Below, piece after piece: positions 16,575-30,431 of a DNA stretch of 64,000 nucleotides. The stretch comes from Macrostomum lignano (Eukaryota). Numbering within the stretch: position 1 is the first letter of the stretch; the number at the start of each line of letters is the position of its first letter. Under the pieces are notes generated by a model. It was not told where the DNA came from and searched no databases. It worked only from the letters and a program-made list of their open reading frames with translations. The stretch is taken from the NCBI GenBank assembly GCA_002269645.1, contig NIVC01002206.1, forward strand, positions 62,001 through 126,000, read 5' to 3'. The position numbers were made by a program, and so were the translations under genes.

Positions 16575-17245
16575 TCAGATTCTCCAGCCTTCACGTTCCT
16601 CGATCTTCACATTCTTAAATCTTCACATTTCTCAACCTTTACATTCCCCAACCTTCACATTCTTCAACCCTAATGTTAATACATTCCCTAATGTTTACAT
16701 TTCCCTATCTTCACATTCCCCAATCTCCACATTCCCCAATCTTCACATTCCCCAATCTTCATATTCCTCAATGTTCACATTCCCCAATCTCCACATTCCC
16801 CAATCTTCACATTCCCCAATCTTAACATTCCTCAATGTTCACATTCCCCAAGCTTCACATTCCCCAATCTTCACATTCCGCAATCTTCACATTCCCCAAT
16901 CTTCACATTCCCCAATCTTCACATTCCCCAATCTTCACATTCCCCAATCTTCATATTCCTCAATGTTCACATTCCCCAATCTCCACATTCCCCAATCTTC
17001 ACATTCCCCAATCTTCACATTCCTCAATGTTCACATTCCCCAATCTTCACATTCCCCAGTCTTCACATTCCCCAATCTTCACATTCCCCAATCTTAACAT
17101 TCCTCAATGTTCACATTCCCCAATCTTCACATTCCCCAATCTTCACATTCTCCAATCTTCACATTCCCCAATCTTCACATTCCCCAATCTTCACATTCCT
17201 CAATCTTCATATTCCCCAATCTTAACATTCCCCAAACTTTCACAT
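16575..17245. repeat. 16-bp minisatellite (CTTCACATTCCCCAAT)n
   Basis: Period 16. The reverse complement of the 3.5-kb unit matches at 12 of 16 positions. Confidence 0.95.
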
Positions 17246-17957
17246 TCTCCAAACAAATACCTACCAATGCTTTGAGCATTTCAATTCTGTGAAGTTTCTA
17301 GTCTGTGAACTTTAGTGAAGCGATCCGATATGAAGTTTGGCGAATCTCTGAACAAGGAATTGTGAATTGGGGATTTCAACATCACTCTGAAAGCGAGCCA
17401 GCCTCCTTAAACTATTTCCTCTCCGCTCAATAGATACTTCAATTTTAAACTAAGATTAAATTTATTGTGTTTAGACTGTAAAATAATTTGTTTATCCCGG
17501 TGCGGGCAGAAAAACAAAAGAAACTTTGATACATTATCGAAAGAGAAACAGACTGAACCTCGAATATTCGTGCAATTTGTGCGCAGTAATCCGACATCAT
17601 CTTGGAAACTGGGACAACTTGAAAAGGGTGCCACAGAGGTGCCACAGGCTCGGGCAGTGTTCGAAATGCAAATTTTTAGATCGCACGCGTAAAATAGGCA
17701 GCTAATCTCTATGATCCTAAAATACTGTGCAGGTCGCCCTTATAAACACAAAAAATAGTCAAACGGCACCAATAAAAACAGTCTTGGACGGCATTCTTCA
17801 GCAGAGAAAAGGCGGACACCTACGAGTCAGCCTGTGTCGGATTTGTGCCCAATTTATGATCTCATTTTGTTGCAATTACGAACTGTGCCAAGTCATTAAG
17901 GCTTTCTTGGCTAAGTTAAGTCTCCAGTGAGGCGGGTTGGCTATTTTGGAATTCGTG

Positions 17958-18170
17958 CATGAAATTCTTTCCTGGGGAATTCCTACCTGGAGAATTCTAT
18001 TCAGGGGAATTCTTTTCTGGGGAACTCTTTTCTGGCCTTCTGGGGAATTCTTTCCTATGGCAATTCTACGCTGGGAAATTTTTCCTAGACAATTCCTTTC
18101 AGGGGAACATTTTCCTGGGCAATTCTTTCCTGGGGAATTCTTTCTGGCAAAATTCTCTCCTGGAAATTCT
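17958..18170. repeat. Degenerate 15-bp minisatellite (GGGGAATTCTTTTCT-like)
   Basis: About 14 degenerate units, each with a GGG(G)AA(T/A)T..CC core. Confidence 0.85.
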
Positions 18171-18989
18171 CTTACTTAATAAATCAATAAAATAATGAAT
18201 TTTATTGGTTATATTTCCTTAGTTTCAGAGACGTATTCGTGTAACTGAAATCCTAAGGAAATTTGCTAATTCCCTGGGGAATTGATTGAACTTTTTTGCA
18301 GCTTATTCTGTCCAAGGGGGAATTTCTAATAGATTCTAGAAAATGTTGGCATCAGACTAGGCTAACAACCATCTCTCTTAAAACGAGAATTCTGGCAACT
18401 TGGCCTCAATGAGCCTGTCTGCAGCACAATTGTCATTGTTAAAAATGTGCGATGAGTGCCCTCCGCCACCGCTGCTCCTGTCTCAGACTGAATGAGCGAG
18501 TCCTGGGAAACGATGAGAGGAAAAGCAGGTGTTGAGAAATTTTTTCGGCAGCTGCTATTAGTAGCTCTTGATGGGATAATTCTCCTTCCGCCTCCCCTGG
18601 AAGCAGCGACCCGAGGGCGGCAGGGTCAGTCGGGCGTGAAGGTCTCAAGGGCTGAGTGCTGATGAAGCGAGCGGGGGTCCTGCTGTGGGCAGTTTTTTTT
18701 CAAATTCGTTCTCAAATTTTCAGGACGCTCTGCTAGACCGGAAATGAGCTCAGTGGGAGGCGGGCGCCAGCCTCGATGAGGCTGGATGGGGTTGATTTGA
18801 CTGCTGGGGAGGGAAGGAGAAGCATTGACTCAGCCGAAGGGATGGAGAAGTCCATGGAGGCTTTGTACGGAGAATCTGGAATTAGCATCTCTTTCACAAA
18901 TCGACACTTTTGATGGAAGCAATTCATAGCAGAAAATACTAGCAACCGGAAGTGATTCACAATCCCAAAGTTTAACATGCCTTAGTTGC

Positions 18990-19260
18990 CGTCCCCCGAA
19001 ATTTCATGTTCCCTAAAGCATCACATCCCCCAAGCTTCACATTCCTCAAGCTTCACATTCCCCAAGCATCACATTCTCCAAGCTTCACATTCTCCAAGCT
19101 TCACATTCCCCAATCTTCACATTCCTCAAGCTTCACATTCCCCAAGCATCACATTCTCCAAGCTTCACATTCTCCAAGCTTCACATTCTCCAATCTTTAA
19201 ATTCCTCATTTTTCACATTCTTCAAATTTCCAATCTTACTCAAAAATTCACAATCCCAAC
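18990..19260. repeat. 16-bp minisatellite (CTTCACATTCCCCAAG)n, same family and orientation as 16575-17245
   Basis: Direct inspection. Confidence 0.93.
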
Positions 19261-20463
19261 TTGATTAGCAGCATTTCCCTCTCAGCAGACCGCAGTTGCT
19301 GCTAAGAAAATCATCGTCACTCCAGATCGATCCTTCCAGACCTCCTTGGAAATTCTCCCCCACACTTGCTGCGCTGGGAGACTTTTTCTGACCTAAATAA
19401 TATAGAAGGCCAATAGGTCTGTTTAGATCCCAAGGGGAGTTTTTTTCTATTCCCCAGGCTATAGAATCTCCCCAAATCCACAGCCTGATAGGGTATCCGC
19501 AAATTTGGGATTCATAATAATGGAAAAAAGTGTGCAAGGGGCCCACCGCTCCTGCACCTGTCCCTTATTTAGCCGCCTCCCCCCCCCCTGCGCTAAACAG
19601 ATGAAGCGTGAGAAGCTGAAATGAGGGCTTCGAAGCGGATTAAGGGATGCGGAATCGATCTGTGGGATAAAAACAACAGCGGGGATTTTCTCATCTAATG
19701 AACGAACTGCAGACAGGTCGATACAAAAGCGACCGACTCGGGACATTTTCCCTATCAGTATCAGCGGCTCAGGCGCTACATTGAATTTAGTTGTATCAAA
19801 ATTTCGTTGCACGGATTGGGGAGAAAGGATTTGAACAGATGGGGTCAATAGTGGAATTGATAATTTAATAAGCATAGTTAATCCGATCTTCAAGATTTCC
19901 TATCCCCGCCTTTTTGAGACCCGGTCATTTTCCCCTTCTCTCGGCGCATAAGACAGATCCCAATCTCGGTAGTTATTTATCCTGCCCTCCCAGTTCTCTA
20001 ACGTAATCATGAGCTGAAGCGAGAATGGGCTTGTCGGGTCCTCTCACGTCTTCGTGTCTTGTAACCTGTCAGGGCTGCACCCAGTGTCTGCTTCCTGTCC
20101 TGAAGGGAAAGCCTCCAGGGGGTCCGCACGGGGCCGCCGGCTGATGCCGGTTCGATAATAGCAGAGCTTTCACAAATGGAAACTTGTCTGTCTGTCCGCC
20201 TGTCTGCCTGCCTGTCTAACCCCTCACGCCCTATAGATCATCCATCATTAAGGCTTGAAGGGTTGGAGTTCGAAATTCTTGTTGTCCGAGTGGGCATCGG
20301 GTTTGTGTGGGCTTGAGCTCAATTTTCAGTCTCGGCATTTGAAATGTTTTTCAATCCATTTTCGACAAGAAAATAGCTATGCATGTTGATATTTATAATA
20401 GGTAGTGACCACCTGTTCAATGGTTTTAATTTAAATATATTTGGATTCTGAACAAACATTTCA

Positions 20464-21050
20464 GAATGTGAAGATTGGGGAGATGTGAAGATTGGGGAGA
20501 TGTGAAGATTGGGGAGATGGGAAGATTGGGTGAATGTGAAGATTGGGTGAATGAGAAGATAGATAAATGCGAAGATTATTGAATTGAAGAGTGGGGAAGT
20601 CTGAGATTGGGTGAATGTGAAGATTGGGTAAATGAGAAGATTGATGAATGTGAAGATCGATGAATGTGAAGAGTGGGGAAGTGTGGGATTGGGGGAATGT
20701 GAAGATTGGTGAATCTGAAGGCGGGTGAATGTGAAGATTGATGAATGTGAAGAGTGGGGAAGTGTGGGATTAGGGGAATGTGAAGATTGGTGAATGTGAA
20801 TGTGAAGATTGGTGAATGTGAAGGCGGGTGAATGTGAAGATTAGTGAATGTGAAGATTGGTGAATGTGAAGGCGGGTGAATGTGAAGATTGATGAATGTG
20901 AAGAGTGGGGAAGTGTGGGATTGGGGAATGTGAAGATTAGTGAATGTGAAGGCGGGTGAATGTGAAGATTAGTGAATGTGAAGATTAGTGAATGTGAAGA
21001 TTGGTGAATGTGAAGATTGGTGAATGTGAAGGCGGGTTAATGTTAGGAGA
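20464..21050. repeat. 14-16-bp minisatellite (GAATGTGAAGATTGG..)n, an inverted copy of the 16.6 and 19.0 kb family
   Basis: The unit is the reverse complement of CTTCACATTC-CCCAAT. Confidence 0.93.
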
Positions 21051-22119
21051 ATGCCTAACATTAGGAGAATTCGAAAACCGCGGAGATTTTAATTAGGGAT
21101 AATTTCGATCACTACAACTTTTCAGTGACCAAACTGATAAGCTAAGAGCAAGTTTCCAATTTCTGGGCCATGAAAGCCCTAAAAGAGGGGAGCCAGAAGT
21201 CATCAGGAAAGGCAAAAGAAGCAACAGCAGCAATCAGGGGGGAGGGGTGCTTATACTGCACGAGGCTATAGTACCTTAGCGGCGCAAAAATTTCTTGTTG
21301 CTAAGGCCCTGGCCGATCTCCCTGCAGTGCAGAGACCCAAGTGCCAAGGTGGAAGGAAGAAGTCCCACCGCCAGCACCCCCTCCCCCCCGAGGGACTATG
21401 CGGGAGCCATGGCAGCAGTTCGAGTGACGCTGTTACGCTGTACCATAACTGCAGCCAAAAATCTGGATGCATAGGAAATGTGTATGCGCGGACAGTTCCG
21501 GGCACTAATATGTGTTTGCTCCATCCTTGCATTGCCCCCCCCCCGGGTTCCAATTCCAGCGGACCATAGTGAGCGCCTCGAGTGTTTGTTCAAGTCCGCC
21601 TCGCTTCTTTCCTTCCCTCAGTCGCGTGTCTCCAAGCGGCACCCCCAAACAGGCCGTGCGATGCCACTTATTTTTTTCACTCTCTGGCCTGGCCGAGGTT
21701 GAGGGAAGTAGCGAAGGAGGGATGGGGGTGGCACAGGGGGAGGAATTTGTCGAATATCAGCGGCTCGGATCGGGATTGATTGATGATGAGGAATCTGGGA
21801 AGCTGGGGGGAGCTGTGGGAAGTATAGAAAGTGACACCCGCCATGGCTGCACCGGTCCCAGCAGCCTTCCTGGGATTCTGCCGCTCCTCATCTGTCCGGT
21901 CACTGGCTGGGCCGGACCCCCTGCCAAGGGCTGAGATTCAAGGGGCTGGTTGTTGGGTGCAGGGAGCCCATTTCGAACCGAGCCTGACCTGTTTCCTGTC
22001 TTCTTTTAGAACCGATAGATGGATAGATAGATAGGCTGTAAAAAGTGGAATATCCTGTCAGCCTGTCTCGGAGAAGGAAAAAGTTTGAAACAAAATCTTA
22101 GAAAATGAATCGTTAAGCA

Positions 22120-23135
22120 CAGCGAGGTGTAGAGGGGGTCACACTTTACCGCAACACAGGGGTAGAGGGGGTCACACTTTACCGCAACACAGGGGTAGAG
22201 GGGGTCACACTTTTCCACCAACACAGGGGTAGAGAGGGGGTCACACTTTTCCACAAACACAGGGGTAGAGGGGGTCACACTTTTCCACCAACACAGGGGT
22301 AGAGAGGGGGTCACACTTTTCCACCAACACAGGGGTAGAGGGGGTCACACTTTTCCACAAACACAGGGGTAGAGAGGGGGTCACACTTTTCCACAAACAC
22401 AGGGGTAGAGGGGGTCACACTTTTTCCACCAACACAGGGGTAGAGAGGGGGTCACACTTTTTCACCAACACAGGGGTAGAGAGGGGGTCACACTTTTCCA
22501 CAAACACAGGGGTAGAGAGGGGGTCACACTTTTCCACCAACACAGGGGTAGAGGGGGTCACACTTTTTCCACCAACACAGGGGTAGAGAGGGGTCACACT
22601 TTTCCACAAACACAGGGGTAGAGGGGGTCACACTTTTCCACCAACACAGGGGTAGAGAGGGGGTCACACTTTTCCACCAACACAGGGGTAGAGGGGGTCA
22701 CACTTTTCCACAAACACAGGGGTAGAGAGGGGGTCACACTTTTCCACAAACACAGGGGTAGAGGGGGTCACACTTTTCCACCAACACAGGGGTAGAGAGG
22801 GGGTCACACTTTTCCACCAACACAGGGGTAGAGAAGGGGTCACACTTTTCCACCAACACAGGGGTAGAGAGGGGGTCACACTTTTCCACCAACACAGGGG
22901 TAGAGGGGGGGTCACACTTTTCCACCAACACAGGGGTAGAGGGGGTCACACTTTTCCACCAACACAGGGGTAGAGGGGGTCACACTTTTCCACCAACACA
23001 GGGGTAGAGGGGGTCACACCTTTCCAAAAACACAGGGGTGGAGGGGATCACACTTTACCGTGTGAAGGTGAAGGTGACACAGGGGTAGAGGGGGTCACAC
23101 AGTCACACTTTTCCACCAACACAGGGGTAGAGAGG
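22120..23135. repeat. 33-36-bp minisatellite (CACAGGGGTAGAGGGGGTCACACTTTTCCACCAA)n
   Basis: Direct inspection, about 29 units. Confidence 0.97.
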
Positions 23136-24289
23136 GTCATACTGAATGAGTCTATGACTGACGAGTTACTCATGTTAGAGGTTTACTGTAATTTAGACAA
23201 GCCGGTCTACATCAAATCCCAAAGCATAAAAATGGCCTGAAGTATTAAATAACTCACGATGACTCACAAAACGCCCAGAGTATACCGGAAGCAGCAGCCA
23301 GTTAGCAACTAGCTGACAAATGCCAAAATCTAACTCCTATAGTAATCTTGCCAACGATAAGAATTCTATTCAAAAAACTCCAAATATATTTTCAGCTTCC
23401 GGGAGGTCAGTCAACGCGTCATCAACCGAGAGAGAGAGAGAGGAGATCGAACTTTCGGTTGCCCACCGGAAGTGATGCATTGCGCCGGAAGTTAACTTAG
23501 GAGAAGAGGTGCCAGAGTTCTATTTAGCCTCTGTGCTCGCACTTCCGTTCATTATCAAGGCTGAGTGTATGATGTAGGTGAGTAAATTGAGGAAACTGCT
23601 GCTCGCATCTGTCATAGCAACTGGCCTGGCCAAGTGCTCGCAGAGTGGGTCCCTGAGATGAAGGATGGAGAGTGCTCTGGCCCAGACTCCTCAACGAATT
23701 ATGCTTCTCAACCCTTCCCCTTCCCCCCTGGGGCCACGTGTCAGGTTGGTGAGGGAAAGTGATGTTATCGGGGTCGAGCTCGGGGACCGGCAAGGTCGAG
23801 GCTGTTCCAATTCGGGAGATTGGGAGGGAGACCCTCTGTTTGGCTTGAGTTGCGGGGAAAAGTAAGAAGGGGATTGGGAATCTGGAGGCGGAAAAAATCT
23901 CATGATCGGAGAGAAGGGGAGCGACTCGACCCGCCTTGACAACCAGGTGCGTGCCGCTTGGGATTTGGGATCTGTATAGCGGTCTCGCAACACACAGCTA
24001 GAATCAGGTTCACTTCTTGCCTGATCGGTAACTTTTTTCTTCGTTGCACGAATTCAATTCGATTTCACGCTCTAATTGAGCCGAAAAACAGCCCCCCCCA
24101 CCGCTGTCAACAAGTTTTCTATAGGCTCATTATTGGCCTGAGATTCCAATCTGAAATGGTTGCTATAGGCACAGGGCTCGAGTATTCGGTTTCAGGTTAG
24201 TCAGGAGGGAAAATGTGAAGGTGAAAGTATAGGCAGGAACCGGGATCTGCTATGCAGGTAGTTCGCTGCTTTTTTGCTTTTATGAGACA

Positions 24290-25743
24290 GAGGCAGACCC
24301 TATCTTATAAAGGCAGACCCAATCTTATAAAGGCAGACCCAATCTTATAGAGAAGACCCAAGAAATACAAGAAATAGAAGGAGAGACACGAGAGATAGAG
24401 GGATAGACATGAGAGATACAGAGACACGAGAGATAGAAGGAGAGACACGAGAGATAGAGGGATAGACATGAGAGATACAGAGACACGAGAGATAGAAGGA
24501 GAGACACGAGAGATAGAGGGATAGACATGAGAGATACAGAGACACGAGAGATAGAAGGAGAGACACGAGAGATAGAAGGAGAGACATGAGAGATAGAAGG
24601 AGAGACACGAGAGATAGGAGAGACACGAGAGATAGAAGGAGAGATATGAGAGATAGAAGGAGAGACACGAGAGATAGAAGGAGAGACACGAGAAATAGAA
24701 GGAGAGACACGAGAGATAGAAGGAGAGACACGAGAGATAGAAGGAGAGACACGAGAGATAGAAGGAGAGACACGAGAGATAGAAGGAGAGACACGAGAGA
24801 TAGAAGGAGAGACATGAGAGATAGAAGGAGAGACACGAGAGATAGGAGAGACACGAGAGATAGAAGGAGAGACATGAGAGATAGAAGGAGAGACACGAGA
24901 GATAGAAGGAGAGACACGAGAGATAGAAGGAGAGACACGAGAGATAGAAGGAGAGACACGAGAGATAGAAGGAGAGACACGAGAGATAGAGGGATAGACA
25001 TGAGAGATAGAAGGAGAGACACGAGAGATAGAAGGAGAGACACGAGAGATAGAAGGAGAGACACGAGAGATAGAAGGAGAGACACGAGAGATAGAAGGAG
25101 AGACACGAGAGATAGAAGGAGAGACACGAGAGATAGAAGGAGAGACACGAGAGATAGAAGGAGAGACACGAGAGATAGAAGGAGAGACACGAGAGATAGA
25201 AGGAGAGACACGAGAGATAGAAGGAGAGACACGAGAGATAGAAGGAGAGACACGAGAGATAGAAGGAGAGACACGAGAGATAGAAGGAGAGACACGAGAG
25301 ATAGAAGGAGAGACACGAGAGATAGAAGGAGAGACACGAGAGATAGAAGGAGAGACACGAGAGATAGAAGGAGAGACACGAGAGATAGAAGGAGAGACAC
25401 GAGAGATAGAAGGAGAGACACGAGAGATAGAAGGAGAGACACGAGAGATAGAAGGAGAGACACGAGAGATAGAAGGAGAGACACGAGAGATAGAAGGAGA
25501 GACACGAGAGATAGAAGGAGAGACACGAGAGATAGAAGGAGAGACACGAGAGATAGAAGGAGAGACACGAGAGATAGAAGGAGAGACACGAGAGATAGAA
25601 GGAGAGACACGAGAGATAGAAGGAGAGACACGAGAGATAGAAGGAGAGACACGAGAGATAGAAGGAGAGACACGAGAGATAGAAGGAGAGACACGAGAGA
25701 TAGAAGGAGAGACACGAGAGATAGAAGGAGAGACACGAGAGAT
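24290..25743. repeat. 21-bp purine-rich minisatellite (GAGACACGAGAGATAGAAGGA)n, preceded by three 20-bp units (AGGCAGACCCAATCTTATAA)
   Basis: Direct inspection. The array is homogeneous from about 25.0 kb and more variable at its left end. Confidence 0.98.
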
Positions 25744-26746
25744 ACGAGCTAGCAGACGAGATAAGGACTGGCCATATACTTCTTGAGCCGGATGAGACGG
25801 CACGTGACTCCATTCTCCAGCCTTCCGCCTGATTACAACCTACGGTAGCTTTACAAGTGCCCATTACAGCCTATTACAGCCCATTACAGCCTATTACAGC
25901 CCAGCCCATCTAATTCGATCCCAACCTAAAATTCTTATCAGCTCCGGTCAGGGGTCGAACAGAAATTAATGCCCAAAAATTTTAATGCTTGCCCCATCCT
26001 AACCTGCTCAGAAGAGCTATTCCTTCCCTATATTATCCTAATTCCCCCCTCTCTCCCTGATAAGCATAAGCTGCATATGGGAGGCGCGTGAGGATCTGCC
26101 AGTGGCAGCGGCAGCAGCAGCGACAGAGAGTTGCGACAGTGAGGGGAGGGGTTGGGGTCCGGGTTGAACCGGTTGGGCCCACGAATTAGGGGGTTTAGCC
26201 GCCATTTTTCAACTCCATCTTATTATATAGATGACGGTGCCGATTTCAGGATGCGATAAGACAGAATCGAGGCGCTCGGCGCCAGGCGGAGATTGGGGCA
26301 GAGATCTGGAAACTGGAATGGCTGGGTTTTTACCCCGTTGCAGGCCATAATTGCTTGCTTTTAATGCCGCCATCGGGATATGGGGGGAGTGATTTGAAGG
26401 AGTGCTGTCAGACTGGGAGACTGGGGATCCCCAGGAGATTTCTCTCTCTGACTATGACCACCCAGCAGATCCTGACAGCAGGGATGAGGTCCCCCGCAGA
26501 TGGCCCGCCTCTACTGGCCTGTGGGAGGAGGGGGTGAGGCAGGCAGGAAGGGCTGGCGACATCGTAAAAGGAAGCTGCATGCAGCGCAGCAGCCTCTCGA
26601 TATAAGGCTCAACAATAAGCAAGCTTTTCGAGACCGCCGACCCTGCCGCCAAACCCACCAATTCCAATTCTTTTAATTAAAGGCCTTTTCCTATACAGTA
26701 ATGGGCTATGGTGTCCTATGGGTCTCCCGTGCCCATGATTTAGTGG

Positions 26747-26748
<2 letters not shown>

Positions 26749-26820
<72 letters not shown>
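26749..26820. repeat. (GA)n microsatellite
   Basis: Direct inspection. Confidence 0.98.
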
Positions 26821-26822
<2 letters not shown>

Positions 26823-26964
26823 AACTCCGCCTGTCGAAGTCCCTGGGGGTTTCCAGCACGTCGGGTTTTTCAATTCGGGGACCAATTTATTTCAAGAGGG
26901 AATGAATTCTAGAAAAAGTATAAATTGCCGAGCTAATTTTGACAGTTTATTACTCATGACAACC

Positions 26965-27075
26965 TGTTTGATGATCGGAAGAGCGTCGGGGTTCACGGCT
27001 CGAAGGTCGGGGGTTCGATTCCCAATCCCACTGGAACGATTTGTGTCCTTGAGCATCAAGCTTTTCCTCTATCTT
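26965..27075 (+). mobile_element. Degenerate tRNA-derived SINE head (family B)
   Basis: AGAGCGTCGGGGTTCACGGCTCGAAGGTCGGGGGTTCGATTCCC is tRNA-like, with the B-box at 27012-27023. It is followed by TTGTGTCCTTGAGCA, a motif typical after the tRNA head in many SINE2 families. No acceptor stem is present. Confidence 0.5.
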
Positions 27076-28179
27076 TTCCTGCCTAATCTTCTTCCACCGC
27101 CTACAAGTTAAGCAAACAGTTACAGCAACCAGAATTGGTTCCGATCGCACGGATTGCTTAAGAACTTCTCTTATCACTAAGCACACACGGACCTGTATTT
27201 GCAGGCGTGACTCAAATGAGTTCATCAACAACTGTTAACTTTAACAGACGCAGCGTCACCTCTGATTCATTCATTCATCATCAATCGGAAATCTGAAGGG
27301 CAGGATAGGAGGAAGGTGTCAGACCTGACTGATAAAAGCAGATATTGTGGCTTTTGCTTTACGCCTAATTATCGTAGATTGCGAGGCAATCCGCCATATA
27401 AACACGGTCAAAGTTACTCCGGCCGTTCACCTCTCTACACCCAACCATAAAGAGTTCGATGAGGTTGTTAATGATGGAATTGCCCAACGAACTTTATCCT
27501 GTGCAGTTTCCATCATTCCAGCTTAGACGAAAACTATATGTAATAAAAGATTTCCCAAATTGCTTTCTGTTTACGCCAAGATCGCCATCTTCCAGCCTCC
27601 TCTTCATCTCCTCTTATCAGTTCTTAACTGACGCGGCACAACTGAAGTGGCGAATTCTGCCCCAGCAATAGTCATATAGAAGATGTAAAAACTCCAATTT
27701 ATATTTCGCTTCCCATTACACCCGAACCATTTGTACCTCTCCCAATACTCGCTAACCCCAAGCCATAACTTTGCACACAGAATTCCAATATTCGAGTGGA
27801 AATCAGCTCGCACTTCCTTCTCTCTCTCTCTCTCTCTCTCTCTCTTGGTTGTTGGTCGAAGTTCAAGGTGCTGTTAGATGTAAACTCGCAGTTAGAAAAT
27901 AGCATTCCTTTTTTTTCAGTTTTCATCATACCAATGCGATAGCATATCTCCGATAAATATTTATAATTTGAGCCAGTTGTTTGTGCTACAGTGCTGATTG
28001 CTTCCTCACAGTGATAAAATCTCTGTCCGACAGGGAACCCGATTGATTACAGAACTTCTGCTTGCTATTGCAATGCGTTATTTGTTATATGGCTTTGCTG
28101 GGTCATTCTGTTCGTTGTACTACTGTGTCTCTCTGCAGCCCTAGCTGTTCTATACTGATCAGCTTGTAGTCCACCCTCC

Positions 28180-28775
28180 CATCTTATCTCATCTCTAATC
28201 TCCTTATCTCATCTCTAATCTCCTTCTCTCATCTCTAATCTCCTTCTCTCATCTCTACTTTCCTTCTCTCCTCTCTCTCCTCTCCTTATCTCCTCTCTCC
28301 TCTCCTTATCTTCTCTCTCTACTCTCCTTATCTTCTCTCTCTACTCTCCTTCTTTCCTCTCCTTCTCTCCTCTCTCTTCTCTCCTTATCTTCTCTCTCTA
28401 CTCTTCTTATCTCCTCTCTATCTCCTCTCCTTATTTTCTCTCTCTACTCTTCTTATCTCATCTCTACTCTCCTTCTCTCCTCTCTCTACTCTCCTTCTCT
28501 CCTCTCTCTTCTCTCCTTATCTTCTCTCTCTACTCATCTTATCTCCTCTCTCTCTCCTCTCCTTATTTTCTCTCTCTACTCTTCTTATCTCCTCTCTCTC
28601 TCCTCTCCTTATTTTCTCTCTCTACTCTTCTTATCTCCTCTCTCTCTCCTCTCCTTATTCTCTCTCTACTCTTCTTACCTTCTCTCTCTACTCTTCTTAT
28701 CTCATCTCTACTCTCCTTCTCTCCTCTCTCTCCTCTTCTTATCTTCTCTGTCTACTCTCCCTTTCTTCCACTCTG
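28180..28775. repeat. Degenerate pyrimidine-rich (CT/CTT/CTA) low-complexity array
   Basis: Direct inspection. Confidence 0.92.
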
Positions 28776-29487
28776 CTCTCCCACTGCTACAGTTATACGA
28801 GTGAAAGAGTGCTTTGTTGCTAGTAATTAGGTTGTATTATGCACTCGTAGTTAAATAGTAATAGTTTTATAAAAATAAGTCAAATGAGAAAATTTACCTG
28901 ACAAAGTTACGCCTAAGCAATCCTTATATCCAGCCAATTGAATAGCAGTTACAAAATATACATTTGTGGCAAGTTAATTCAATAAAGAGTTGCCCAACAA
29001 TATGCTTCATATAATCTATTCGACAATATGACAGATTTAAAATGAGGTGCTAATTATCGAAAAATGTTATACTGCAATGGCATCATACGAGTATCTTTTT
29101 TACTGTACACGCAACAACAACAATACCTAAGGCCTTTTTTATAATTGAAAAGAAGTCGATCTATTTAACTGGGGGTAACACCTTTGGTTTATTTTAAGCA
29201 TCAGTCTCGGTCAATCCCATTTTTACGCTAGTCTGGCTATGGATGTTGACATTTCCATTACACTATTATATAACAGAACGGTTTTTCAATCAAAAATAAT
29301 TATGGATGGAAACTCGATGCCTTCATCATTATTATAGCTCGCCTGTTCCGCCAGTGCCTAATGTTGTTTGTTCTAGGCAAATTTATTTGGAAATAAACAG
29401 AGAAACCAAACCATTGCGCTTCCTATATATTGTGTGTACTATTTCTAAGAAAAAGAATGAGGTCGGATAATTTAAATATATATATTA

Positions 29488-29827
29488 CTGTGGCGTATCC
29501 CGGATTTTTTCCCGGGGATTTTTCTCAGTGGGTCAAGCGACCTTCTCTTGGATCCAAGACCTTTCCCGGGGGGTCATGACTCCCCTAATTTTCTCTAGGG
29601 CGGGGGTTTCGATCGACCCCTTGACCCCCGTGGATTCAGGTTAATTCCCGAGGGAACCAAGGGCAGCTTAGGGGAAGGCCAAGGGAAGGGGGAATTTTTT
29701 TGAGAGGAGGGGAGAGGGGCACTGGTACCTATCATGGTGTCCTTGGAACCGGGGTCATGAACAGCCGAGTTTTCTCGGAGGAGGGTCAGCCAACCCCTTA
29801 AACCCTCTCCCCCTGGATCCGTCAGTG
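29488..29827. mobile_element. Possible decayed MITE with imperfect 16-bp terminal inverted repeats
   Basis: GC-rich island in AT-rich DNA. The left end CTGTGGCGTATCCCGG matches the reverse complement of the right end (CACTGACGGATCCAGG) at 11 of 16 positions. No clear TSD. Confidence 0.3.
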
Positions 29828-30431
29828 CAATATATAAATTGTTCAAGTCGGTCAAATTTTTAAATTAGTTATTTTGCACCATTTACACCATAATTTACAC
29901 CATGCAAGGAAGGGGCGAATTTTGTATTAATATGGTTTCTCGGCTCGGTAAGAATTACGAGTATACAGGTTTTAGTTTTAGGTAACGCGAACGAAGAGCT
30001 GAGTATTCGTCACTTCAAGTTGGTTCCGGGCCACGCTCATTGGTCCGCCCACTTTTACCCCCCCCCCGTCCACCCCTGGTTCCTTCCCTTTCTCGATGGA
30101 CGGGATGGGGAGGTGGGTCACTCCAGAGAGGGGACGGACGGGGTGGGTGGCGAGAGCAACCCCCATTCCCTTATTCCAGCTTTATAACATAGGGGGCCCC
30201 CAGTCCGACTAAGACAGAGGAGAGGCCCTCAGCTCACCTTCTTCAGCCAGCCAGAGAGATATAATAGAAAGCAGCAAAACTGAGATCCAGTCCGTACAAG
30301 TCAGTCAGTCATTTATGGCCCGTACTTAAACGTCGTAATTATTATTTACCTACAATAACGCGACTGACTCCCTTTGATCCAGTAGACTCTGAAAAACTTA
30401 AACATCAACTTCCAACACAGCTAACACAACT

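Noticed and set aside
18439-18978. Two minus-strand ORFs that look superficially protein-like
   Set aside because: There is no recognisable domain, no consistent splice chain and no support beyond ORF length.
18955-19259. 14-bp direct repeat ATTCACAATCCCAA as a TSD around the 19-kb array
   Set aside because: It is simply a degenerate version of the array's own unit.
24305-25864. 388-519 aa ORFs (SISRVSP, RDRRRDT, LLSLVS)
   Set aside because: All are readings of one 21-bp tandem repeat.
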